DNA of 64,000 nucleotides from Candidatus Poribacteria bacterium (GCA_964291315.2 OZ219753.1:256001-320000); one strand, 5' to 3'. Positions 8,175-18,801 are shown, numbered from the stretch's first letter. Translations and numbers: made by a program. The notes: generated by a model from the letters alone, not told the origin.

Positions 8175-11100
8175 ATGAATAGGCTAAAACAATCGATTGA
8201 TGTTTTACTTGTAGTGACCTGTATCCTGAGCGCTTTTGTGCTTTACGGCTGTGGTGCACAGAGCCTCGGTCCACAAGAACCCCTATTACCAACGATTGAG
8301 GGGAATTCTAAATTCTCAGCACGGTTTCAGTTAGAAGAAGAACCTCAATTCTTCTATGATCTATTTGGTAAAGAGCTACTTGAAGGTAACGAGGTCTATA
8401 ACTATCGCGAGCAAAAAGAGTTTGACCAGAACGGTGAATTGTTTGTCGGTTGGACGGGGCAGCTTGATAGTGAAAGATTCTCGGCGCAGCTGGACAGAAC
8501 CGTTTTAACTGAAGACAGCTTCCGCGGTAGATATACCGAGTTTGCTATCGGTGATAGCATGCGTTTCAAGCCGTCTACGTTGTTCCCAAACCGTTATATC
8601 CTTTACAAAACCGAGTTTGACGGGCTTCGTTGGGATATCTCTTTTGCACAGGAACGTCATCTGTTTACACTCATCAACTCTCGTATTTCGAACCCCGTCC
8701 AGTTAACAGATGCGGCTGCGAACCTCGCTCCCACCCTCGGGCGGCGAAACGGTTTAAACGAAGATGCCGGGGTACGCCATATCGAAAACGCACGTCTCAT
8801 GGGTTTCCGTGCACAAGGGCTCTTAGGCGACATTTTCCGCGTCGGGTTCACTTATGTTAATCTTCATAAAGAACACCCAGAACGTGTTGAAAACCCAATG
8901 ATGGGTACCGTGGCGAATACGCCCCCGGAAAGTATTTCTGTTGTTTTTCGAGATGATTCACCTGAAGACAATCATAGTCTCGTTACGCAATTCTCCGGTT
9001 ATGATGAAGCCAAACACGGTGATAGGCTCCAAGGCGGTGTTGGGGCAGCTTTCAATAAGATGACAGTTACTGTGGTTACACAAGAATTGGAAGATCTAAC
9101 AGCGGAAGAGATTGAAGCAGGTGCTAGTCCGAAAACACAGCCATCGCAAACCGAAACGATTGAAGTTTTTTCCAGCGATATCACGCCTGTTGATGTAGGA
9201 GGGCTTCCTTCTGATGTGCGTATGTCTGGAGACTGGGCAATTGTAGACGGCTTCGATAAGATGAAGTATGACTTGGTTTTTGAAGAACACCAGATTGATC
9301 CTCGCACCGTCCAATCCGTGGTTTTCGATATGATGGTAGCAGGGGATTACAATATCGCCGTTATTGGCTTCAGTGATGCAAACAGAGCTGCTGAAGGGGC
9401 TGACCCGCTCGCCGAGGAATGGATTAAAACCGAAGACGGTCATATCCAAATGCCATATCGTGATGTTATTCAAGCCCCGGGCAACTATGGACAATCTTCT
9501 GAGTATACCAGCGACCGGGCAAATCTTCACGATAATCCAGATGCTTGGACAGGCGAAGGCAGACCGCGTAAAATTAGTTACCGCTACGGTGCAGCACGCG
9601 CAGCAGTCCTCTACGGGCTCGACCTTGAAGGAACTATCGGTAACGTTTTCCTGCGGGCACATTACTCCATTAACGGGAAATACAAACAGTATCCGACAAT
9701 CCCCAAAGAGCAGATGGGCTTTAGCAGACTCAAACCTACTATCGTCGGCGAAGATGGAGAAGAAGAAACCGGTATCTCTATAGATCCAGCAACAGGCTTA
9801 CCGTTAGACCGAAACGGGATACCTACCTATTCTGAAACTGAAGGGGAACGTTTTGAAGCTAGGTTGGGTGGCGACGGAACCGATGAAAGTGGCGACGGCG
9901 AACTAGGTAGAGAAACCGCATGGTTCATTCACCTCAGATCTCGCTTTGGAAAGCTGTACCTTGAAGGTGTCTACTATCATATTGATCCGGGGTACACCAC
10001 AACTTACCTCAACTTTGGTGCTAATACCGGTAGGGATCAAACCTACACCCTCGAAAGGACCCCCGAATCTCAAGCTGAAAGGGACCCGTGGGACGAAACC
10101 AATTACGCCCTCATTGAGGATGACGATGATGATGATGACTGGCCGGATGATATCGACTTCGATGGAGTCCTGCCACGTGCTGATGACAGAGACCAGAACG
10201 GAGTCCTTGATTTCCAAGAAGACTTCCTCATCTTTGATGCCGACCCGCCGGTCTTTACTGATCTCATTGACCTCAATAACAACGGGACTATCGACTCACT
10301 TGAGGATGACTTCGAACCACAATATGAGTACGGAGTAGACAGGGAAGGATACCACGTCTTCGCTGAATATGACCTGCTTGATAACCTTTCGCTCAAAGTC
10401 GGATGGCTCAACGAAAGCCAAGTTTCAAGCCGCCGACAGAATGATTCTAGGTATCTACATGTTACCTATCAACGGGACATTCCAGACTTTGGAACGGTCC
10501 TCTTCCAAAACCGATTCGTGCGGGTTCGCGACGATATTCCGGACTACACGATTACACTGCGCGTTGGCGAATTGGAGCCCGTCCAGATTTCTGACGAGCT
10601 TGACTTTTACAACGCTCGCGTGAATACCACAACGCTTCAGTTTCTTTATACTGCTGTCCCCAACCTCACATTAGAAGCAAAATTCCTTGTTGTTCTGCAA
10701 AAACAGTTCCAGCAGGATGAAGCTAGCGCCATTTTCTTAGATGTTGAAGGATCCGGGGCTGACGGTGATCCGCTGAATGCTGATCAGCGGGTTGACTTCA
10801 TGGTACCTGTTGAGCAGGTTCGTGCCAGTGGCGAAAAGCGGGAATTCCCGTTCTATCCAGATCACGGGATTAATGCGCTTGACTCCGAGGATACGGGCTT
10901 AATCTACGACTCTGAAAACTGGAAAAAGCGTCGCTACCCAGAACGGGATATCCGCAATCAGCAGACGATTCTCAAAGCACGGTATGAGATTCCGCTTGGA
11001 GATCTTCCCTTCGTTGACAGAATCGGTGAAGATTTAACGCTGACACCCATGGTGAAATATATCTGGGATCGCGCGTTCGACCGCGGGGCAGAGGACATTG

Positions 11101-11495
11101 GCGACTCGCTTAACCCACGCCTCTTCGTTCCAACTGATGATGAGCCGGTCGAGTATCTACGCTTCAACCGTAGGAGCCGTGAAGATGTTCTCGGTGTCCG
11201 GCTTGACTATTTGTTCACACAGCGGATGAACATCCTTGGCGGTTTCCAATACCGCAAGTTCACCAACCGGGACAACAACTTCAAGCAATACTTGACTAAC
11301 TTCCCGGAAGATGAAGATGCTCCAGTGCTTTTCCGTCCGGACCTGCGGACACGGATATTTGAAGTCCAAGCAATTAACCGTGGTGAATGGCTTGGCTTTA
11401 ACATTGTTATCCTTGCAGGTTACCGGCGAACGACTATATTGCTCGACCACACGACAAGTAATACGACATTCGTGCGAGCGATGATGGGTTTCTAA
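8175..11495 (+). CDS. Large acidic outer-membrane (lipo)protein with Ca-binding-like DxDxNG repeats
   Basis: Lipobox VLYGC; alternating beta-strand pattern; DDDDDDDWPD, DRDQNGVLD and DLNNNGTID motifs; C-terminal ...FVRAMMGF; RBS AAGGAGG. Confidence 0.75.
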   Translation: MNRLKQSIDVLLVVTCILSAFVLYGCGAQSLGPQEPLLPTIEGNSKFSARFQLEEEPQFFYDLFGKELLEGNEVYNYREQKEFDQNGELFVGWTGQLDSERFSAQLDRTVLTEDSFRGRYTEFAIGDSMRFKPSTLFPNRYILYKTEFDGLRWDISFAQERHLFTLINSRISNPVQLTDAAANLAPTLGRRNGLNEDAGVRHIENARLMGFRAQGLLGDIFRVGFTYVNLHKEHPERVENPMMGTVANTPPESISVVFRDDSPEDNHSLVTQFSGYDEAKHGDRLQGGVGAAFNKMTVTVVTQELEDLTAEEIEAGASPKTQPSQTETIEVFSSDITPVDVGGLPSDVRMSGDWAIVDGFDKMKYDLVFEEHQIDPRTVQSVVFDMMVAGDYNIAVIGFSDANRAAEGADPLAEEWIKTEDGHIQMPYRDVIQAPGNYGQSSEYTSDRANLHDNPDAWTGEGRPRKISYRYGAARAAVLYGLDLEGTIGNVFLRAHYSINGKYKQYPTIPKEQMGFSRLKPTIVGEDGEEETGISIDPATGLPLDRNGIPTYSETEGERFEARLGGDGTDESGDGELGRETAWFIHLRSRFGKLYLEGVYYHIDPGYTTTYLNFGANTGRDQTYTLERTPESQAERDPWDETNYALIEDDDDDDDWPDDIDFDGVLPRADDRDQNGVLDFQEDFLIFDADPPVFTDLIDLNNNGTIDSLEDDFEPQYEYGVDREGYHVFAEYDLLDNLSLKVGWLNESQVSSRRQNDSRYLHVTYQRDIPDFGTVLFQNRFVRVRDDIPDYTITLRVGELEPVQISDELDFYNARVNTTTLQFLYTAVPNLTLEAKFLVVLQKQFQQDEASAIFLDVEGSGADGDPLNADQRVDFMVPVEQVRASGEKREFPFYPDHGINALDSEDTGLIYDSENWKKRRYPERDIRNQQTILKARYEIPLGDLPFVDRIGEDLTLTPMVKYIWDRAFDRGAEDIGDSLNPRLFVPTDDEPVEYLRFNRRSREDVLGVRLDYLFTQRMNILGGFQYRKFTNRDNNFKQYLTNFPEDEDAPVLFRPDLRTRIFEVQAINRGEWLGFNIVILAGYRRTTILLDHTTSNTTFVRAMMGF

Positions 11496-11506
11496 ATCGC
11501 AGTTGG

Positions 11507-11549
11507 ATCGCTGGACACGGTTTCCATATGTTCAGCGATCTTTCGTTTT
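11507..11549 (+). terminator. Hairpin with a U-rich tail after the OM protein gene
   Basis: GATCGCTGGACA...TGTTCAGCGATC followed by TTTCGTTTT. Confidence 0.55.
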
Positions 11550-11761
11550 ACAATATCATTTGGAGTATTATTCTCCACACTCGAATTAAACGCGTAACTT
11601 CTTAAGCGTTCAGGTGTTATTTAGGGAGATGATGTTGTGAAAGGGCGGAGCGTTTTAACATAGCGATGCCGCGACTTAAAAACTGCCTAGAAATAAATTG
11701 AGTTGTTGGAGAAGGTTCTATGCCTTAGCCATACAACCCATATATTATTAAATAAATTGTA

Positions 11762-11790
11762 GTAACTTGCCACCGTATGTGGCAAGTTAC
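11762..11790. repeat. Perfect 12-bp inverted repeat just upstream of the exbB RBS
   Basis: GTAACTTGCCAC-CGTAT-GTGGCAAGTTAC. Confidence 0.8.
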
Positions 11791-11817
11791 CCTTAAGTTG
11801 AAGGAGGATTAGAACGA

Positions 11818-12807
11818 ATGACTCGTTTTAGTTTAGTGTTAATGTTAATCACATGTGTCGGCATGTCCGCTGGCACGGCCCTTGCACAAGACAGTGGTGG
11901 CACTGTCCGAGGCGAAATTGTTGATACAACTACAACAGAGAATCCAATTCAAGGTGTCGAAGTCAAAATTGTTTCCCAAGGACAAGAATTCACAGCAACT
12001 ACTGATGCTAACGGCGAATACGAAAGTTCTGGTATTCCGGCGGGTCGCTATCTTATCAGTATCTATAAAGATGGATACGGCGAACGGCTTGGTAAACCCG
12101 TTACAGTTGTTAATGGCGGCGACCACTATGTTCGGCTTAAAATGACTAAAAAGGACAACATCGTCACTTTCTTCGCGAAGTTTGGATTTGTTTTTTATCC
12201 ACTTGCCCTCTGCTCTATCACTGCATTAACCTTCATTATCGAAAGGCTTTTTACCTTTCTTCGGAGTCGCTCTCGGATCGGAACCGAACAGTTCATCGCT
12301 AACATTGCCGACTCGCTTCGAAAAGAGAACATTATGGAAGCCGTCTCGATTTGTGAAGAAGCTGGCGGTCCGCTTGCCAACGTACTTAAAGCAGGATTGC
12401 TCCGATACAGCCAGGCTCAGATTGAAGAACGTGATATTAGCAAAGAGGAAATTCAGGAAGCAATTGAGGAGGCAAGTCTCCTTGAAATTCCTGAGCTTGA
12501 AAGAAACCTGCCGGTCCTCGGTACCGTTGCAGTTGTTTCCCCGCTCTTTGGCTTGCTGGGAACTGTTACGGGTATGATTAGCGCTTTTACTACAATTGCG
12601 CTTGAAGGAACAGGTGATCCACAGCAGCTTGCAGGTGGTATCTCACAGGCACTTCTCACAACTGCTGCTGGTTTGACAGTTGCTATTCCTTGCCTGATTT
12701 TCTTCCAACTCTTTGATAGCTGGGTTAACAGACATATGGTTGAAATTTCTCAGGTTTCCACCGAGATCGTCAACCAGCTAATCGTTGGTGAAGCAGGAGA
12801 TGCCTAG
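11818..12807 (+). CDS. exbB: MotA/TolQ/ExbB proton-channel protein with an N-terminal carboxypeptidase-regulatory-like beta domain
   Basis: Signal peptide; GTVRGEIVD...TTDANGEY...PAGRY domain; then LERNLPVLGTVAVVSPLFGLLGTVTGMI and GISQALLTTAAGL. Confidence 0.9.
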   Translation: MTRFSLVLMLITCVGMSAGTALAQDSGGTVRGEIVDTTTTENPIQGVEVKIVSQGQEFTATTDANGEYESSGIPAGRYLISIYKDGYGERLGKPVTVVNGGDHYVRLKMTKKDNIVTFFAKFGFVFYPLALCSITALTFIIERLFTFLRSRSRIGTEQFIANIADSLRKENIMEAVSICEEAGGPLANVLKAGLLRYSQAQIEERDISKEEIQEAIEEASLLEIPELERNLPVLGTVAVVSPLFGLLGTVTGMISAFTTIALEGTGDPQQLAGGISQALLTTAAGLTVAIPCLIFFQLFDSWVNRHMVEISQVSTEIVNQLIVGEAGDA

Positions 12808-12855
12808 TCTCGAAACGGGCGGATAGATTCATGCCGTCCTCTCCTCACAGACTTT

Positions 12856-12886
12856 GTAGGGGCTAAGGTCAGCATACCTTACCCCT
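12856..12886 (+). repeat. GTAG-headed REP-like hairpin
   Basis: GTAGGGGCTAAGG...CCTTACCCCT between exbB and exbD. Confidence 0.5.
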
Positions 12887-12916
12887 GATCTCATCAATGA
12901 GAAAGGAGACTTTGAA

Positions 12917-13366
12917 ATGCAACAAAGTGGTGGCACTAAACTGAGCTTGCTTGCAGTCAAAATTAGAGAACGCAAGCCCCCAACACTCAGCATGGCACCC
13001 ATGATTGATTGCGTGTTCCTGCTCTTGATCTTTTTCATGGTGTCAACAACCTTCGCGCCAATTCCGGGGCTTCGGGTGCAATTACCGCCACCAGGCAAAC
13101 CCTCACCTGATAAACCGAAAGGGCTGACTGTGCGAATCGCAAACCCGGAACCGGGCCAGGACAGAGGGACGATGGTGCTGAACGACGTTCTTGTCCAAAT
13201 TGATGAAATGTTCGATCACTTTATCAATACACCTGAAGAAACCAAAAACATGCTAATTATCCAATCGGAGCGCGATGTCCTTCATGAGCAGATCGTTAAG
13301 GTAATGGATATAGCGAAACAGGCAGGTATAGATAAAATTGGGTTCGCTATCGTCGCAAGAGAGTGA
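12917..13366 (+). CDS. exbD: ExbD/TolR family protein
   Basis: MAPMIDCVFLLLIFFMV TM with the conserved Asp; VKVMDIAKQAGIDKIGF. Confidence 0.93.
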   Translation: MQQSGGTKLSLLAVKIRERKPPTLSMAPMIDCVFLLLIFFMVSTTFAPIPGLRVQLPPPGKPSPDKPKGLTVRIANPEPGQDRGTMVLNDVLVQIDEMFDHFINTPEETKNMLIIQSERDVLHEQIVKVMDIAKQAGIDKIGFAIVARE

Positions 13367-13418
13367 CACTCTTCAAACGACATGATAGCATTTTACTCTC
13401 TATAGAAGGAGGATCCAC

Positions 13419-13841
13419 ATGGCTTTAAACATAGCTCGACGGAAGAGAACGGGTGATGATGAAGATATTCCGATGGCACCTATGATTGATTGTGTCTTCT
13501 TGTTACTCATTTTCTTCATGGTATCTGCTGTTATGCGGGTTCCACCGCCTTTTACCGTTACTTTACCAGATTCCGCTACGCAGCATGAATTTACACGCAA
13601 GAAGTACAACCTCTTCATTAATAGTGACGGGCGAATTTCCATTGATGATCAAGAAATGTTAACTCTGGAAGATATGGAGTTTTTCCTAGCTGCACATGAA
13701 AACCAGATTAGCACTTTGATTATCAGAGCGGACAAACGCGCAAAGCACGGCGACGTTATTGACGTGGTAGAACGAGCGAAACAACGTTCTAGTAAAACGG
13801 AGGGGCTCGAAATCGCTTTCGCGGTATCCGAAGAAGACTGA
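13419..13841 (+). CDS. exbD: Second ExbD/TolR family protein
   Basis: MAPMIDCVFLLLIFFMV; IRADKRAKHGDVIDV. Confidence 0.93.
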   Translation: MALNIARRKRTGDDEDIPMAPMIDCVFLLLIFFMVSAVMRVPPPFTVTLPDSATQHEFTRKKYNLFINSDGRISIDDQEMLTLEDMEFFLAAHENQISTLIIRADKRAKHGDVIDVVERAKQRSSKTEGLEIAFAVSEED

Positions 13842-13861
13842 AGAGGATAATAGAATTAAAA

Positions 13862-13897
13862 AAAAGAAAAAGGCAGCACATGCTGCCTTTTTCTTTT
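13862..13897. terminator. Bidirectional intrinsic terminator between exbD and gltB
   Basis: AAAAGAAAAAGGCAGCA-CA-TGCTGCCTTTTTCTTTT between convergent genes. Confidence 0.85.
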
Positions 13898-13978
13898 GCA
13901 AGACAATACTAATTCTGGATAACACTTAAAGACTTATCCTGATCAGAAATTTTTAACGCACGCTGCTTGAAGTGTTCT

Positions 13979-16900
13979 TTACACTTTCCGTTTTCTTCGC
14001 GCTGCAGCTCTCCTTTTGAGCTGGACAGGTGCTGGTGGTGGCGGAGGTGGTGGGGTCACAACTTTCCAGAAGTGTGGTAGGAAAGTCTCCCAATTCGCTA
14101 GAATCTTTTGAGCGTGTGGGCTTCTAGTGTATGCGGCGTGATTTTGTATAAGCGCCATCAGATTCTTAATATCGGTTTCGTTCGTCACTTTTTCCAATTT
14201 TACCCAATCGGAATTAAATCTCTTCTCGAAGTGTTGTTCTTCATCAAGAACGTAGACAGTACCGCCTGTCATGCCCGCTCCAAAGTTTCTGCCTGTTTCA
14301 CCAAGGATCACAACCACACCCGCTGTCATGTATTCACACCCGTGGTCTCCGACGCCTTCAACTACGGCAGTTGCTCCGCTATTTCGGACACAAAACCGTT
14401 CGCCAGCTCGCCCGGCTGCGTAAAGTGTGCCACCTGTAGCCCCGTATAAAACTGTATTACCGATGATTGTGTTTTCATACGTCCGGAATGGTGCTGTTGG
14501 TGCCGGCTTAATGATAAGTTCTCCCCCTGCAATACCTTTGCCTACATAATCATTGGCTTCGCCTGTCAACACGAATTGGATACCACTGATACAAAACGCG
14601 CCGAAACTTTGTCCAGCGCTTCCTTCAAAGTTACACTGAATTGTTCTATCAGGCAGCCCAGTCGCGCCGTAGCGCGTTGCGATTTCACCTGATAGCTTTG
14701 CCCCGACTGTTCGGTTTGTATTTCGGATCCGATAGAAGAGCTGAATTGATGTTTTCTGTGTGATTGCCTTTGCTGCGTCTTTGAGGATTGAATCATCGAG
14801 TGGTGTATCCTCCCGATCGTTCCGTTCTTGTAGATGATAACGTGGCTGTGTGCCTGTCGGGTCGGCAGGTGTTAGAATTTCGCTCAAATCCAATGTTGCT
14901 GCCTTCGGGTAATCTGTTAAATTGATGGGTTGGAGCAACTCTGGACGTCCAATAACATCGTTCAGGCAGCGGTGTCCAAGATTCGCGAGAATTCCGCGTA
15001 CTTCGTTGGCGACCCCGATCATGAAATTAACAACCATTTCTGGGGTTCCTGGATATTTTGCGCGGAGTGCCGGATCTTGGGTGGCTATGCCGACCGGGCA
15101 TGTATTTAAGTGACATTGGCGTGCCATAATGCATCCGGTTGCTACCATGGCTATCGTTCCGAAGCCGTATTCTTCCGCGCCTAACATCGCTGCGATAACG
15201 ATATCTCGTCCTGAACGCATCCCGCCATCTGCTCGTAATGTGACGCGATCTCGTAATTCGTTTTCCACGAGTGCGCGCTGCGTCTCGGCAAGTCCGAGTT
15301 CCCAAGGGGTTCCTGCGTTCTTAATGGAACTCAGAGGCGATGCCCCGGTACCTCCTTCATGTCCGCTCACCTGAATAACATCTGCATAGCCTTTTGCGAC
15401 TCCTGATGCAATCGTTCCGACCAGAAATTCGGACACTAATTTTACGGCAACTTTGGCGCGAGGGTTTGCCTGCTTCAGATCGTAGATGAGCTGTGCTAGA
15501 TCCTCAATAGAATAGATATCGTGATGTGGCGGTGGCGAGATAAGCGGCACGCCTGGCACAGAGTGTCGAAGCGCGGCGATTTCAGCAGTCACCTTATGTC
15601 CCGGAATTTGCCCGCCCTCTCCCGGTTTTGACCCTTGTGCCATCTTGATTTCCAATTCCTCCGCCGAGGCGAGATATGTTGGTGTTACACCGAAACGTCC
15701 GGATGCCACCTGCTTGATGGCGCTGGAGGCAAGATCGCCGTTGGGTTGCCGTTTGAAGCGTGCACTACTTTCACCGCCTTCTCCACTTCCGGATTTCCCG
15801 CCCAGCCGATTCATAGCGATCGCTAACGTTTCATGTGTTTCTCGACTTAATGCCCCGAAAGACATACTGCCGGTTGTGAATCGACGAACAATATCCTCTG
15901 CGGGTTCCACTTCCTCAAGCGGGATTGGTTTACTAGGTTTAAACGCAAGTAAATCTCGTAGGCTCGATAGTTCTCCACTCTCAACGGCTGCAGCATACTT
16001 GTCATAGTCTTCCGGTCGCCCCTCCTTCACAAACTTGTGGAGTGCCTTAAACATGGTCGGATTGAACGCATGAAATTCCCCGTTTCTGCGGAAGCGGAAA
16101 AAGCCTGCTTCTTCTAATGAAGTATCATTGACATTTTCCGAAAATGCTTTCATATGAAAATGAAGTGTTTCGGCGGCGATTTCCGAAAAACCGATACCAC
16201 TTAATCGTGAGGTTGTGCCTGTAAAACACTTATCGATGACTGTGGCATTAATGCCGAGTGCTTCAAATATCTGGGCCCCCCGGTAACTTGATACCGTCGA
16301 AATACCCATTTTCGCCATAATTTTCAGAATGCCTTTTTCGACTGTTGCCTTGTAGGTTTCGATCGCTTTTTCTGTCGTCATCTCTTTAAATTCACCGTTC
16401 TCGGCAAGTTGTGCAATTGTTGAGAGTGCGAGATAAGGGTTGATTACAGCTGCACCATAACCCAGAAGAACTGCAAAGTGGTGTTCCTCTCTTGCATCTC
16501 CTGTTTCAGCGATAAGGCTTACCTGCATCCGTTTCCGTTCACGGATCAGATGATGATGAACAGCACCGACCGCTAGTGCCATAGGAATCGGTGCAAAATC
16601 GCGGCTGACTTCCTTGTCGCTTAATACGAGGAGTGTTTTTCCTGCATCAACTGCCTCACAGGCACGTTCACATAGCGTTTCCAAGGCATTTTCCAAGCCT
16701 TGTTTACCGGCATCTATTGGAAAACATGCAGAAAGTGTTGCTATCTCAAACTCGGGTATATCAAGTTCCCGCAGGGCTTGTAGATCCGTGTTCGTTAAAA
16801 TTGGCGAGGGGAGTCGAATCAGTCGAGCGTGTGCTGGCGTTTCTGTTAGCAAACTATGCTGGCGTCCAAGGTGGGTAGTCAGAGACATTACCAAACGTTC

Positions 16901-18472
16901 TCGAATCGAGTCAATCGGTGGGTTTGTAACTTGCGCGAAACGTTGTTTGAAGTAACTGTAGAGCGAACGCGGGTTACGAGAAATTACAGCGGGAGGGGTG
17001 TCATCACCCATTGAACCGACAGCTTCTTTTGCCTCTGTTATCATCGGTTTAATAAAACGTTCTACATCCTCAGTTGTATATCCAAAGGCTTTCTGATATA
17101 TCGGGAGTGTCTCAGGAGTGAGTTTTGCCGTGTTGGGTGTCTTGATAGTGTCGGTGGACAGCAGCACGGTTCCTTTCTGCACCCACTTTGCATAAGGCTT
17201 CTGATTGGCAATAGTGTGCTTAATCTCTGCGTTCTTTAGCAATTCGCTGTTCGCTGTATCCACTGCGATCATTTGTCCTGGTCCCAAACGTCCCTTCTCA
17301 ACAATGCAACTTTCATCAAGTTCAATAAGACCGACTTCGGATCCCATAATAACAGTCCCGTCTTCCGTGACTTTATAGCGTGCGGGGCGTAGGCCGTTTC
17401 TGTCAAGACTGGCGCCGACAATAACGCCGTCGGTAAAGGCGACTGCTGCTGGGCCGTCCCACGGTTCGCTGACGCATGACAGGTACTCATAACACGATTT
17501 CAGAGCGTCGGGCATATCGGGAATCTGTTCGTAAGCTTCCGGCATTAGGCACATCATCGCGTGCAAAATGCTACGGTCAGAGTGTGCTAATAACTCCAAC
17601 ACGTTATCCAAGCTCATTGAGTCGCTGCCTCGTTTGTTGATAATAGGGACAAGTTTTTGGATATGTTTATTCCAGACTGGTGATTGTAAGTCGGCTTCGC
17701 GGGCCACCATCCAATTTCGATTACCCATCAAGGTGTTGATTTCACCGTTGTGTGCCAGCATATGGAAAGGTTGCGCGAGCATCCATGTGGAAGAGGTGTT
17801 TGTACTGTAGCGTTGGTGAAAAACAGCGAGTGCTGCTTCAAAATCTGAATCTTTCAAATCCAGATAGAATTGCGCGAGCTGGGGTGCTACTAGTAAGCCT
17901 TTATAGACAACCGTCCGATGTGAAAAAGAGGCGATATGGAATTCGTTATCGAGTGCAGCTGCCGCGATACGGTGCTCAAGCTCCTTACATATCAAATATA
18001 GGTGTCGTTCAAAGGTATCGTCGGTGATGTGCTCTGGCCGCCCGATGAGTACTTGTTGAATTTCTGGTACTGTTTCTAGCGCCTTGGTCCCAAGGGCGGT
18101 CGTGTTGATCGGAACCGAACGCCATCCGAGCAGTGGGGTACCGTATTCTTGTAATATCTTTTCCACGAGTACCCTGCTTTGTTGTGCGTTGGGGGCGTGC
18201 GCTGGTAAGAAAAGCATCCCCACTCCCAAGTCGGTTATCTTGTCTAGGCGAACGCCGAGTTTCTGTAGCTCTTTTTGAAATAACCTCTGTGGAATCTGTG
18301 TTAGGATACCTGCACCATCACCTGTCTTTGCATCAGCTGCCACTGCTCCCCGGTGTGTTAAGTTTGTGACCGCCTGGGTCGCCATTTCAATGATCTTGTG
18401 ACTTCGACTTCCGAAACGGTTCGTTACAAACCCGACACCACACGCATCCTTTTCATTTAAATTTTTATACAT
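13979..18472 (-). CDS. gltB: Glutamate synthase large subunit
   Basis: N-terminal CGVGF, HQRYSTNT, EPWDGPA, IKQVASGRFGV, GSKPGEGGQ, CIMARQCHLNTC 3Fe-4S motif, GXGXG C-domain. Confidence 0.98.
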   Translation of the reverse strand: MYKNLNEKDACGVGFVTNRFGSRSHKIIEMATQAVTNLTHRGAVAADAKTGDGAGILTQIPQRLFQKELQKLGVRLDKITDLGVGMLFLPAHAPNAQQSRVLVEKILQEYGTPLLGWRSVPINTTALGTKALETVPEIQQVLIGRPEHITDDTFERHLYLICKELEHRIAAAALDNEFHIASFSHRTVVYKGLLVAPQLAQFYLDLKDSDFEAALAVFHQRYSTNTSSTWMLAQPFHMLAHNGEINTLMGNRNWMVAREADLQSPVWNKHIQKLVPIINKRGSDSMSLDNVLELLAHSDRSILHAMMCLMPEAYEQIPDMPDALKSCYEYLSCVSEPWDGPAAVAFTDGVIVGASLDRNGLRPARYKVTEDGTVIMGSEVGLIELDESCIVEKGRLGPGQMIAVDTANSELLKNAEIKHTIANQKPYAKWVQKGTVLLSTDTIKTPNTAKLTPETLPIYQKAFGYTTEDVERFIKPMITEAKEAVGSMGDDTPPAVISRNPRSLYSYFKQRFAQVTNPPIDSIRERLVMSLTTHLGRQHSLLTETPAHARLIRLPSPILTNTDLQALRELDIPEFEIATLSACFPIDAGKQGLENALETLCERACEAVDAGKTLLVLSDKEVSRDFAPIPMALAVGAVHHHLIRERKRMQVSLIAETGDAREEHHFAVLLGYGAAVINPYLALSTIAQLAENGEFKEMTTEKAIETYKATVEKGILKIMAKMGISTVSSYRGAQIFEALGINATVIDKCFTGTTSRLSGIGFSEIAAETLHFHMKAFSENVNDTSLEEAGFFRFRRNGEFHAFNPTMFKALHKFVKEGRPEDYDKYAAAVESGELSSLRDLLAFKPSKPIPLEEVEPAEDIVRRFTTGSMSFGALSRETHETLAIAMNRLGGKSGSGEGGESSARFKRQPNGDLASSAIKQVASGRFGVTPTYLASAEELEIKMAQGSKPGEGGQIPGHKVTAEIAALRHSVPGVPLISPPPHHDIYSIEDLAQLIYDLKQANPRAKVAVKLVSEFLVGTIASGVAKGYADVIQVSGHEGGTGASPLSSIKNAGTPWELGLAETQRALVENELRDRVTLRADGGMRSGRDIVIAAMLGAEEYGFGTIAMVATGCIMARQCHLNTCPVGIATQDPALRAKYPGTPEMVVNFMIGVANEVRGILANLGHRCLNDVIGRPELLQPINLTDYPKAATLDLSEILTPADPTGTQPRYHLQERNDREDTPLDDSILKDAAKAITQKTSIQLFYRIRNTNRTVGAKLSGEIATRYGATGLPDRTIQCNFEGSAGQSFGAFCISGIQFVLTGEANDYVGKGIAGGELIIKPAPTAPFRTYENTIIGNTVLYGATGGTLYAAGRAGERFCVRNSGATAVVEGVGDHGCEYMTAGVVVILGETGRNFGAGMTGGTVYVLDEEQHFEKRFNSDWVKLEKVTNETDIKNLMALIQNHAAYTRSPHAQKILANWETFLPHFWKVVTPPPPPPPAPVQLKRRAAARRKRKV

Positions 18473-18801
18473 CTGTAGACTGACTCTCCATACATTCTTC
18501 TACATTCTTTTTTTTTCGCATCATAGAGCGAGCGTTCTACGTATCTCGCCATCTTCTATTTTTTAGTGTGGTTCATATACCTTAGCCTTGTCCTGTTTTG
18601 TCAAGGGGATAAACAACTAAAGATTGGATATAATCTTTTGTACGGTTTTAGACAGACGCTGGCTATCGTATCCTGCCGGAGATAACGTGTCCTAAGGCAA
18701 GAGAGAACCACTGGAATCACATGGGTGATTCGCAACCGGCTTGGCGGGCTTATATGACTCGGTTTTAATTTTTTTAGCCAAAATCAGCTATTAACACTAA
18801 T

